Source: Dehalococcoidia bacterium
Lineage (GTDB): Bacteria > Chloroflexota > Dehalococcoidia > Lucifugimonadales > Australimonadaceae
Length of the DNA: 64,000 nt
Direction of reading: 5' to 3'
Assembly (NCBI GenBank): GCA_963668465.1
Contig: OY764542.1
Span: 1,377,702 to 1,441,701 of the forward strand
This document shows, one piece after another, positions 48,925-57,218 of this stretch. The first letter of the stretch is position 1, and every line of letters starts with the position of its first letter. A program made the translations under genes and the position numbers. The notes beneath the pieces are model-generated. The model did not search any database, was not told the origin of the DNA, and was given only the letters and a program-made list of their open reading frames with translations.

Positions 48925-50118
48925 CTACCTCTTGCCCGAAAGCCCCGTGAGGAGCGTTCCCCGGTCGATCTCCCCGAGCAGGCTCCCGTGCTCGCCGACC
49001 ACCGCGATGGGGTATTCGGTCTCGGCTGCCATCGGAACGACCTCCTCGATGAATGCATCCGGGTCCGTGGTGACTGCTGGGACGAGGTGGGCCTCTTCCA
49101 GGGACTCCTTACGCTGGAGGAGCAGGCCCCTCGCTTCCTCCGCCGTCAGCATCCCCTTGAGGGTGAAATCGCGCGCGATGAGGAACACCGCGTCGAGGCT
49201 GTGCTGGTTCATCGCGTACAGCGCGGCGCGGGGTCCCTGCCGTTCGTACATGACCACGCCGGGCTCCTGCATGATGGCCTTGGCCTGGATGACCTTCGCC
49301 CGCGATACGTCCCGCACAAAATCGGTGACGTAGGCGTCGGTCGGAAGCGTAACGACCTCCTCGGGCGAGCCCATCTGGATGATCTCGCCATCCCGCATGA
49401 TCGCGATGCGGTCGCCCATCTTGAGGGCCTCGTTCAGGTCGTGGGTGATGAACACGATGGTCTTCTGGAGTTCCGTCTGCAGGGTTAGGAGTTCGTCCTG
49501 CATCTCCCTCCGTATGAGCGGGTCGAGCCCGCTGAAGGGCTCGTCCATGAGCAGCACGGTGGGATTGGTCGCAAGCGCCCTGGCGAGGCCGACGCGCTGC
49601 TGCATCCCGCCGCTCATCTGATTGGGGTGGTTGTGTTCCCAGCCCTCCAGCCCCACAACCTTGATGGCCTCGAGAGCGGCCTCGTACCTCTGTTCCCTGT
49701 CCATGCCCCGCACTTCCAGCCCGTACACCACGTTGTCGATGACGTTGCGATGCGGGAGGAGGCCGTAGTGCTGGAAGACCATCGCGGTCTTGCTGCGCCG
49801 GAACTCCACCAACTGATTGGCGGAGTAGCCCTGGATGTCCTCGCCGTCGAAACAGACCTGCCCCGCAGTGGGCTCAGTGAGCCTGAGGAGGCAGCGCACC
49901 AGGGTGGACTTGCCACTGCCGGACAGGCCCATGACCACGAAGACTTCTCCCGTGTCCACAGTGAACGAAACGTCACGGAGTCCGACGACGACGCCCAGCG
50001 CCCGCCGTATCTCCTCGCGGGACATGGACTCGCACTCCGGCTGCAGGGCAGCCTCCGGGTTTTCGCCGAACACCTTCCAGAGGTTACTGACCTCTATCCG
50101 ACCACTGCCCTGCTCCAT
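48925..50118 (-). CDS. Glycine betaine/proline-type ABC transporter ATP-binding protein with C-terminal CBS pair (ProV/OpuAA-like)
   Basis: [49 protein letters not shown]-terminal CBS-like repeats. Confidence 0.9.
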   Translation of the reverse strand: MEQGSGRIEVSNLWKVFGENPEAALQPECESMSREEIRRALGVVVGLRDVSFTVDTGEVFVVMGLSGSGKSTLVRCLLRLTEPTAGQVCFDGEDIQGYSANQLVEFRRSKTAMVFQHYGLLPHRNVIDNVVYGLEVRGMDREQRYEAALEAIKVVGLEGWEHNHPNQMSGGMQQRVGLARALATNPTVLLMDEPFSGLDPLIRREMQDELLTLQTELQKTIVFITHDLNEALKMGDRIAIMRDGEIIQMGSPEEVVTLPTDAYVTDFVRDVSRAKVIQAKAIMQEPGVVMYERQGPRAALYAMNQHSLDAVFLIARDFTLKGMLTAEEARGLLLQRKESLEEAHLVPAVTTDPDAFIEEVVPMAAETEYPIAVVGEHGSLLGEIDRGTLLTGLSGKR

Positions 50119-50804
50119 GTGCGGATGGCTCCCATCGAATGGACCAATCCAACCCGATACTTACAGGATAGTAACGTTTAACGCCAATCGCAATGGAATT
50201 TTACTCCGGAATACGGCCTGCATCCGGCATGTATGCCGAAATCAGCAACGCAACGCGGCCACAGGCAGGGCGTGGGCGGTCGGCAGCTGCAGGCTGAGGG
50301 CGTGGCAGGGGTGATGAGTGCCTCTGCGACATCCGCCCCTTACGCGGTCCACCCGCTTCCCGTTACGCTGGTTGCATGACTCTGCCCACAGCCCGCCACC
50401 AGCCCGATGCAACACGATGCAACAGAATGAACACCGATGAGCGCACCCAAACTTTGAATTTCGAGTGGAATCTTGAAACCTTGAACGCGGGAAGCAGGCC
50501 ACGGCCTTGGAAACACCCCGGTTCAAGGAGTTCAAGATCCTCATTTCGGGCATGCGATTCACTCGTAAAAGGGCGTTCAAGATTTCAAAAAGAGGGCAGG
50601 TTTGGAATCTTGAACGGCGCTCAGGGCGCGGTTGTCATTCCGAGCGAAGCCGAGGAATCTCTCGGGAGGCGTCCCACTGCGAGCAAGCGCTCCCCGAGAG
50701 ATGTTTCGACTCCGCCTCTGGCTCCGCTCAACATGACATCCGCCCCACGCCTCACCCGTATCGGTTAAACTGATACTCCACAGCCCCCGTTCTCGGAGCG
50801 ATAC

Positions 50805-53282
50805 ATGACCACCCGCCAGCGCATGGCCCCCCTCCGCTACGACCCTGCGGAGATCGACCGCAAGTGGCAACAGCGGTGGGCCGACGACAACCTCTACCAG
50901 GTGAACGACGACGACCCCCGGCCCCGGTGGTACGCCCTCACCATGTACCCCTACCCCTCCGGCGACCTCCACATCGGCCACTGGTATGCCATGGCCCCGT
51001 CCGACGCCCACGCCCGCTTCATGCGGATGCGCGGCTACAACGTGCTGCATCCCATGGGGTTCGACGCGTTCGGCCTTCCGGCTGAGAACGCCGCCATCAG
51101 CCGGGGCATCCACCCGTTCATCTGGACGATGGGGAACATCGACCGCATGCGCGCCCAGCTCCGCTCCATGGGCACGGTCTATGACTGGGACAGGGAGATC
51201 GTCACCTGCCAGCCGGACTACTACGCCTGGAACCAGTGGTTCTTCCTCAAGATGTACGAGCAGGGACTCGCCTACCGCGCCTCGGCCCCCGTCAACTGGT
51301 GCCCCACCTGCCAGACCGTGCTCGCAAACGAGCAGGTCGTCGACGGCAAGTGCGAGCGCACCGGCGACATCGTCATCCGCCGCGAGATGGACCAGTGGTT
51401 CTTCCGCATCACCGACTACGCCGACGAACTGCTGGACTTCTCCGGCGTCGTCGACTGGCCCGAGCGCATCAAGACGATGCAGACCAACTGGATAGGCCGC
51501 AGCGAGGGCGTCGACATCTCGTTCGACATCTCGGAATACGGCCTTGACGAGCGCGAGATAACGACCTTCACGACGCGCATCGACACCATCTTCGGCGTCA
51601 CGTTCGTCGTCCTCGCGCCGGAGCACCCGCTCGTCGAGCGGCTCACGACACCGGAGCAGCGGGACGCCGTCGAGGCGTACGTCGCCCGCGCCCGCGAGGC
51701 CACCGAGATAGACCGGCTCTCCGTCGAGCGCGAGAAGACCGGCGTCTTCACCGGCTCGTATGCCGTTAACCCGCTCAACGGCGACCGCGTGCCCATCTGG
51801 GTGGGCGACTACGTGCTGCTCACCTACGGCACCGGCGCAGTGATGGGCGTCCCCGCCCACGATGCCCGCGACTTTGAGTTCGCCCGGAAGTACGGGCTGG
51901 AGATCCGTGTCGTCGTGGCGCCGCCACGGTGGGACGGCGCTCCACTCCGGGAGGCGTGGGTTGAGAAGAGCGGCTCGCAGGTCAACTCCGGGCATTTCAA
52001 CGGGATGCCGAACGCCGAGGGGTACGAGGCGATCGCCGACCACGTCGAGCAGCAGGGCTGGGGCAGGCGCACCGTCGGCTACCGGATGCGTGACTGGCTC
52101 ATCAGCCGCCAGCGCTACTGGGGCACGCCCATCCCCATCGTCTACTGCAACGACTGCGGCGCGCAGGCCGTGCCGTACGACCAGCTTCCCGTGGTGCTGC
52201 CCGACGACGCCGAGTTCAAGCCGACCGGGGAGTCGCCGCTCCGCTACCACGACGGCTTCCTCCACACGACCTGCCCCGCCTGCGGCGGCCCTGCGACCCG
52301 CGAGACCGACACGATGGACACGTTCGTGGACTCGTCGTGGTACTTCCTGCGCTACGTCAGCCCGGACTTCGCCGAGGGCCCGTTCGACCCCGCGCGCGTC
52401 GACTCGTGGAACCCCGTCGACCAGTACACCGGCGGCGCGGAGCACGCGGTGATGCACCTGCTCTACGCCCGCTTCTTCACCAAGGTCGTCCGCGATCTCG
52501 GCCTCATCGACTTCGGCGAACCGTTCCTGCGCCTCTTCAACCAGGGCACCGTGCTCTCAGACCACATGAAGATGAGCAAGAGCCGCGGCAACGTCATCGC
52601 CCCGGACGAATACGTGAAGGACCTCGGCGCGGATGTCGTGCGCCTCTACCTGATGTTCATGGGCCCCTGGGAGGGCGGCGGCGACTGGAGCGACTCCGGC
52701 ATCAACGGCGTCGCGCGCTGGGTGAACCGCCTCTGGGACCTCTGCCTGAGGGACACCGACACACTGCCCGAGGCCGAGGCCGTTTCCGATCGCGCCGTCA
52801 TCCGCAAGACGCACCAGACCATCCGCGGCGTCATCGAGAGCCTGGAGCGCTTCAAGTACAACACGGCTCTTGCGGCGATGATGGAGCTGACCAACGAGAT
52901 GTCGCCCGCCTACGACGCCGGCGCCGTGTCGCGCCGCGCCTGGAACGAGGCCGTTGAATCGCTGCTGCTCCTCCTCGCGCCGATGGGCCCACACCTCGCC
53001 GAGGAGCTCTGGGAGCGCACAGGGCACCCGTACAGCGTCCACAACCAGCCTCTGCCGGAGTGGGACGAGGGTCTCGCCGCCATCGAGGAGGCGACGCTCG
53101 TCGTGCAGGTGAACGGCAAGGTGCGCGACCGCATCCCCGTCCCCGCCTCGATCTCCGAGGGCGACGCCAGGGAAGCAGCGCTCACCTCGGAGAAGGTGGT
53201 CGCCTACACGGAGGGCAAGCAGGTCGACAAGATCGTGTTCGTCCCCGGCCGCTACCTCGTCAGCGTCGTCGTCAAGGGATGA
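50805..53282 (+). CDS. leuS: Leucine--tRNA ligase
   Basis: 825 aa; PYPSGDLHIGH (HIGH), CP1 editing insertion, KMSKSRGN (KMSKS). Confidence 0.98.
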   Translation: MTTRQRMAPLRYDPAEIDRKWQQRWADDNLYQVNDDDPRPRWYALTMYPYPSGDLHIGHWYAMAPSDAHARFMRMRGYNVLHPMGFDAFGLPAENAAISRGIHPFIWTMGNIDRMRAQLRSMGTVYDWDREIVTCQPDYYAWNQWFFLKMYEQGLAYRASAPVNWCPTCQTVLANEQVVDGKCERTGDIVIRREMDQWFFRITDYADELLDFSGVVDWPERIKTMQTNWIGRSEGVDISFDISEYGLDEREITTFTTRIDTIFGVTFVVLAPEHPLVERLTTPEQRDAVEAYVARAREATEIDRLSVEREKTGVFTGSYAVNPLNGDRVPIWVGDYVLLTYGTGAVMGVPAHDARDFEFARKYGLEIRVVVAPPRWDGAPLREAWVEKSGSQVNSGHFNGMPNAEGYEAIADHVEQQGWGRRTVGYRMRDWLISRQRYWGTPIPIVYCNDCGAQAVPYDQLPVVLPDDAEFKPTGESPLRYHDGFLHTTCPACGGPATRETDTMDTFVDSSWYFLRYVSPDFAEGPFDPARVDSWNPVDQYTGGAEHAVMHLLYARFFTKVVRDLGLIDFGEPFLRLFNQGTVLSDHMKMSKSRGNVIAPDEYVKDLGADVVRLYLMFMGPWEGGGDWSDSGINGVARWVNRLWDLCLRDTDTLPEAEAVSDRAVIRKTHQTIRGVIESLERFKYNTALAAMMELTNEMSPAYDAGAVSRRAWNEAVESLLLLLAPMGPHLAEELWERTGHPYSVHNQPLPEWDEGLAAIEEATLVVQVNGKVRDRIPVPASISEGDAREAALTSEKVVAYTEGKQVDKIVFVPGRYLVSVVVKG

Positions 53283-53289
53283 GCGGGGA

Positions 53290-54012
53290 ATGACGTCCCT
53301 GCGGGGCTTCGCCAGCGAGCCGGGCAGGCCAGGGCTGGGTTGGGCAGGTCCACTGCGAGTCCGCGCGCTGCTCCTGATCGGTCTGCTCGCCGCCTCCGGG
53401 CTCTCGGCAGCCTGCCTGCCGCCGACCCCAACCCCGACGCCGGTGCTGTGTGAGTTCGAGGGACACGTCGTAGCCGACGACGGCATGTCCTGCGCCGAAC
53501 CCACCCCTACGCCGACCCCAACTCCCGTCACCACCCCAACTCCCACCCCCGGACCGACGGCAACCCCGACTTCCACGCCTACGCCCAGCCCCACGCCTAC
53601 GTCCACACCTACCCCCACTCCCGCGCCGCAGAGAGTCTCGGTCGATTTCCTGATGGAGTTCATGAAGACCAACCGGGAGCAGTTGCTGGGCTCCTACGGA
53701 GGAGAGCAGATCGAACTGTTCACCAACGCTGTCGTGGCGGTGGAGGCCTATGAGAATTTGACCTGGTCCATCCTCATGGCCGAAGACTCAGTGCCGGATG
53801 AGACAGAAGAGCACGTCACGAACGTGTGGCAGATCCGGGCAGAGGTGTCATCCGACGTTGCGGCCGCCGCCGCTGTGGGCGAACCCTACGCGGTCGAGTG
53901 CGTCGTAGACCTGATCGACACGAAAGACGAAGAGGCCGAAGACGCCGATACGGGAGATGACGTGACCCCTCTCAAGAGGACAAACCGGCTGTACTGCTTC
54001 GGGCAGAGCTGA
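53290..54012 (+). CDS. Hypothetical lipoprotein with long Pro/Thr-rich linker
   Basis: LLIGLLAASGLSAAC lipobox; TPTPTPTPVTTPTPTPGPTATPTSTPTPSPTPTSTPTPTP; acidic C-terminal domain; no family recognised. Confidence 0.6.
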   Translation: MTSLRGFASEPGRPGLGWAGPLRVRALLLIGLLAASGLSAACLPPTPTPTPVLCEFEGHVVADDGMSCAEPTPTPTPTPVTTPTPTPGPTATPTSTPTPSPTPTSTPTPTPAPQRVSVDFLMEFMKTNREQLLGSYGGEQIELFTNAVVAVEAYENLTWSILMAEDSVPDETEEHVTNVWQIRAEVSSDVAAAAAVGEPYAVECVVDLIDTKDEEAEDADTGDDVTPLKRTNRLYCFGQS

Positions 54013-54033
54013 GCAGACGTTGAAGCATCAGCG

Positions 54034-54411
54034 ATGAATCCCATCGAAAGGCGCAGGTTCCAGACGCTCGTACGGGGGATGCTCCCCGCCCCGTTTGTCT
54101 ACGTCGCCGTCGCCGTGGTCTACTTCGCGTTCTTCGGCAACGAGCCGTTCTTCGGCGCGCGGCTCGCCACCATCGTGGCGGTCGCCACCGGAATCGCCGT
54201 GCCCCTGGTCTCACTCCTCGTGACCGCGAACGCACTCACGAACGAGCGCCCTCCCGCACGCCTGGCGCAGACGCTCCTGCTGCTGGCCCACGCCCCCGGC
54301 CTCGTAGGGTTCGTGCTCACGGTTGGCGCAGACCAACTCTGGTACAGCCTCGCCCTCGGCGCGGAAGGCTTCGCCATCCTCCTCGTCATCCGCTCCCGGC
54401 TGGGCGGGTAG
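54034..54411 (+). CDS. Hypothetical small membrane protein (about 4 TM)
   Basis: 125 aa, hydrophobic helices separated by short charged loops. Confidence 0.5.
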   Translation: MNPIERRRFQTLVRGMLPAPFVYVAVAVVYFAFFGNEPFFGARLATIVAVATGIAVPLVSLLVTANALTNERPPARLAQTLLLLAHAPGLVGFVLTVGADQLWYSLALGAEGFAILLVIRSRLGG

Positions 54412-54453
54412 CATTACATAGAGCCAACACCTTACCTGTCGGAGCAATTCACC

Positions 54454-55407
54454 ATGTCCACTCTGCCTCACAAGTGTCCTATCTGGAAAACCCCGGCAGA
54501 TAAACAACTGAATCGAGGACTATACGCCATTGAATCTCCTCGCGCCGGGGGGCCGTATCTCATAGATTTGGACGCCGTCGATCGTGCCGAGTCACTAAGT
54601 GATAGGGCCAAGGCACGACTAACTACTATGCTTGTTCATCAGCGACAGCAAGGGATTAGAGTGCCCTTGGTGACGAGAGAAACCTTATATTATGCCTCGT
54701 CGAGAGCTTCGCTGCCTGTCTACGAGCGAGCAAAGAGGTTGTTGAAATACCTTACTAATTCCATCCCTCTCGGAACTTCTGCTAATCTGGAGTGCTCAGC
54801 TGACGAGCCCCTAATCATCTCCGAGTCCGTTGATTCGGCTGAAGTTCGGTCGTTCCTGGATTATCTAGAAGACCGTGGGTGGATAGGATGCAAGCATCTT
54901 CTTGGAGGTAACGCGCACTGCACAATTACTATTGATGGCTATGCAGAGATTGAAGGGGTGCAGCAGCAGGTAGATTCCGCCCAGGCTTTCGTGGCGATGT
55001 GGCTTGACGACGAAATGAACGATGCCTTCCAAACGGGCATCGCGCAAGCAATCGAGAATACGGGCTATGCAGACTATCGTGTTGATATAGAGATAGCACA
55101 TTCCTCAGATGCCGGTAAAATAGACGACACGATAATCGCAGAGATTCGCCGCTCACGTTTCTTGATTGCCGATTTCACTCACGGAAATACTGGTATCCGT
55201 GGCAGCGTCTACTACGAAGCCGGATTCGCCCATGGCTTGGGAATTCCCGTCATCTATGCTTGCAGAAAAGACCAGCTCGACAAACTCCATTTCGACACTC
55301 GGCAGTATTACCACGTCGCTTGGGAAACGCCTGAAGAGTTGCGTAAGGACCTCGAAACGCGAATCCTAGCTGTGGTTGGCGAAGGACCATTGAAGAATAA
55401 CCGATGA
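54454..55407 (+). CDS. Unknown N-terminal region + wHTH-like segment + nucleoside-2-deoxyribosyltransferase/TIR-like C-terminal domain protein (AT-rich island)
   Basis: 317 aa; RBS ggag upstream. C-terminal FVAMWLDDEMNDAF...RVD...KIDDTIIAEIRRSRFLIADFT...SVYYEAGFAHGLGIPVIYACRKD...LHFD pattern. Mid segment VRSFLDYLEDRGWI...ITIDGYAEIEG. Composition clearly AT-richer than the flanks. Confidence 0.6.
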   Translation: MSTLPHKCPIWKTPADKQLNRGLYAIESPRAGGPYLIDLDAVDRAESLSDRAKARLTTMLVHQRQQGIRVPLVTRETLYYASSRASLPVYERAKRLLKYLTNSIPLGTSANLECSADEPLIISESVDSAEVRSFLDYLEDRGWIGCKHLLGGNAHCTITIDGYAEIEGVQQQVDSAQAFVAMWLDDEMNDAFQTGIAQAIENTGYADYRVDIEIAHSSDAGKIDDTIIAEIRRSRFLIADFTHGNTGIRGSVYYEAGFAHGLGIPVIYACRKDQLDKLHFDTRQYYHVAWETPEELRKDLETRILAVVGEGPLKNNR

Positions 55408-55424
55408 TGGCCTTGAACTTGGCC

Positions 55425-56078
55425 CTACTCCGGGCGCAGCAGCCAGACGCGAGCGAACGGGTGCGGCTCGGAGGTCTCCGCCTCGATGCGCATCCCCGAC
55501 TGCGCGAACACCCAGAGCCAGTCGTCCAGCGTGTACTTGTTGTGGATGCGGAACTGCTCCAGCGCCCGCTCGTAGCGCGTCTCCTCCGGCTCGCCCGGCT
55601 CGACCAGCCTACGCTCGACGTACTCCCGCATCGGCTGGCGGAACCAGTCGAACAGCAGCATCCGCCCGTCCGGCTTCAGCACCCGTGTCGCCTGCTTCCG
55701 CAGGAACGAGAACGGGTCGTCGAACCCGTGCAGCACCGCCGCCATCGTGAGCAGGTCGACCGACCCATCGTCGTACGGCAGCGGCGCGCTCTCCACGTTG
55801 GCCAACACGAGCGTTGGCACGGGCCCGGCGTAGTCGATGGCGCGCGCGTTCTCGATCATCGCCTCGTTGGCGTCGACGCCGTGGAGTGTCGCGTCCGGCA
55901 GTCGCTCGGAGAGGTCGCGCAGGAAGAGGCCGGGCCCCGGCCCCACGTCCACGATCACCGGCGCAGGCGGCAGCACCGGCGCGACTTGCTCGTCCCAGAA
56001 CCGCCAGAACGCATCGTTGAAGCGCAGCGTGTACCGCTCCAACTGGCGGCGGAGGGCGCGGTCGTCCCGCTGCGTCAT
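55425..56078 (-). CDS. Class I SAM-dependent methyltransferase (paralog B)
   Basis: Start ATG 56078 (MTQRDD...); VDVGPGPGLFLRDLSERLPDATLHGVDANEAMIENA; LLFDW. Confidence 0.82.
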   Translation of the reverse strand: MTQRDDRALRRQLERYTLRFNDAFWRFWDEQVAPVLPPAPVIVDVGPGPGLFLRDLSERLPDATLHGVDANEAMIENARAIDYAGPVPTLVLANVESAPLPYDDGSVDLLTMAAVLHGFDDPFSFLRKQATRVLKPDGRMLLFDWFRQPMREYVERRLVEPGEPEETRYERALEQFRIHNKYTLDDWLWVFAQSGMRIEAETSEPHPFARVWLLRPE

Positions 56079-56719
56079 CGCGGCACCCCCGCAAGGGCGA
56101 CGTGGCTGGTGCGCGGATGTGCCTCGCCGACGAGGTCGAACCCGCCCTCTGCCAGCAGCCACCGCCACTCGTCCAGGGTGAAGCGGTTGTGGTACGGCTG
56201 GAGGCTCATCAGTGCCGCCGGGTCGTTGCCGAACCCGCCCCTACCCTCGATGTAGCCGGGGAGCGTCTGCCGTTTCCAGTCGAAGAGCAGGTAGACCCCA
56301 CCCGGACGGAGCATCCTGCGCACCTCCGCCAACAGCACGAATGGGTTGTCGAGGAAGCAGGCCACGTTCGCGGAGATGCAGAGGTCGAGCGACGCGTCCT
56401 CCACCGGGTACGGCGCGTGATTGAGATCGTGCAAGGTGAACGACGACGCTGCGGTGGCGTAGTCGAGCCCTTTGGCGTTCGCGAGCATCGCCTTGGACAC
56501 GTCCACGCCGCGCAGCGTGGCGTCCGGCAGCCGCGACGACAACTCCTGTAGGAGCAGTCCCGCTCCGCAGCCGAGGTCGGCGATGGCAGGAGCGTCGCCG
56601 GTGCGCGGGCGCACCTGGGACTCGAAGAACTCCCAGAACGCGAGCGGGTAGCGCCGTCCGAAGTCCGACGACATCCGCTCCACCATCGCGCTCTGGTTCC
56701 AGCGGGAATCGGTGGTCAT
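56075..56719 (-). CDS. Class I SAM-dependent methyltransferase (paralog A)
   Basis: Start ATG 56719 (MTTDSRW...); ADLGCGAGLLLQELSSRLPDATLRGVDVSKAMLANA; LLFDW; ATGA overlap with paralog B. Confidence 0.82.
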   Translation of the reverse strand: MTTDSRWNQSAMVERMSSDFGRRYPLAFWEFFESQVRPRTGDAPAIADLGCGAGLLLQELSSRLPDATLRGVDVSKAMLANAKGLDYATAASSFTLHDLNHAPYPVEDASLDLCISANVACFLDNPFVLLAEVRRMLRPGGVYLLFDWKRQTLPGYIEGRGGFGNDPAALMSLQPYHNRFTLDEWRWLLAEGGFDLVGEAHPRTSHVALAGVPR

Positions 56720-56727
56720 GCCGCCGC

Positions 56728-57138
56728 CTACGCCTCCATGTTGACGGTGACGCCCTGCTCTTTGAAGACGTCGCTGCCGGCCTGCATCGCGTTGAACGCG
56801 GCGGGCAGCCCGGCGTACGGGATCGCCTGCAGGAATACTTCCGCTATCTCCTCCGGCGTAATGCCGAGGTGCAGCGCATAGCGGGTGTAAGCCCCGACCT
56901 GCGGCGTGCGCCCCAGCGCCGTCATCATGCCGAGCACGATCATGCAGCGCGTCCTGAGGTCGATGCGCTCGCGCGACCATACCTCGCCGAAGTTGAAGCC
57001 GATAACGAAGTCCTCCAGCCCCGGGACCATGTCGAGCCCGGCGGCATTGCCGGTGCTCCGCGAGCCTTCCGAGCCACTGATCGCTTTTCGTACCGCGCGT
57101 CCCCGCGCCTTGCTCTCCTCCGCCTGGTGCAGCGTCAT
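56728..57138 (-). CDS. Carboxymuconolactone decarboxylase family protein
   Basis: Start ATG 57138 with aggagg RBS 7 nt upstream; FGEVWSRERIDLRTRCMIVLGMMTALG...EEIAEVFLQAIPYAGLPAAFNA. Confidence 0.82.
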   Translation of the reverse strand: MTLHQAEESKARGRAVRKAISGSEGSRSTGNAAGLDMVPGLEDFVIGFNFGEVWSRERIDLRTRCMIVLGMMTALGRTPQVGAYTRYALHLGITPEEIAEVFLQAIPYAGLPAAFNAMQAGSDVFKEQGVTVNMEA

Positions 57139-57218
57139 GAGCAGTCCTCCTGTAGTGAATGTGTGCCGCACGATGTCGGCGGGCGCGATGCTACACGAGA
57201 AGGCGCTCCTTCGGCGCG

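Noticed and set aside
50620-50804. T-box or other leader riboswitch upstream of leuS.
   Set aside because: I could not find a specifier-loop or T-box consensus (the ggtggtaccgcg-like box). The sequence instead matches REP-type hairpin elements.
53500-53640. Tandem low-complexity DNA repeat that could be a non-coding VNTR.
   Set aside because: It lies in frame inside the lipoprotein ORF and encodes a Pro/Thr linker. Similar linkers occur in the SBP lipoproteins at 15.5 kb and 35.5 kb.
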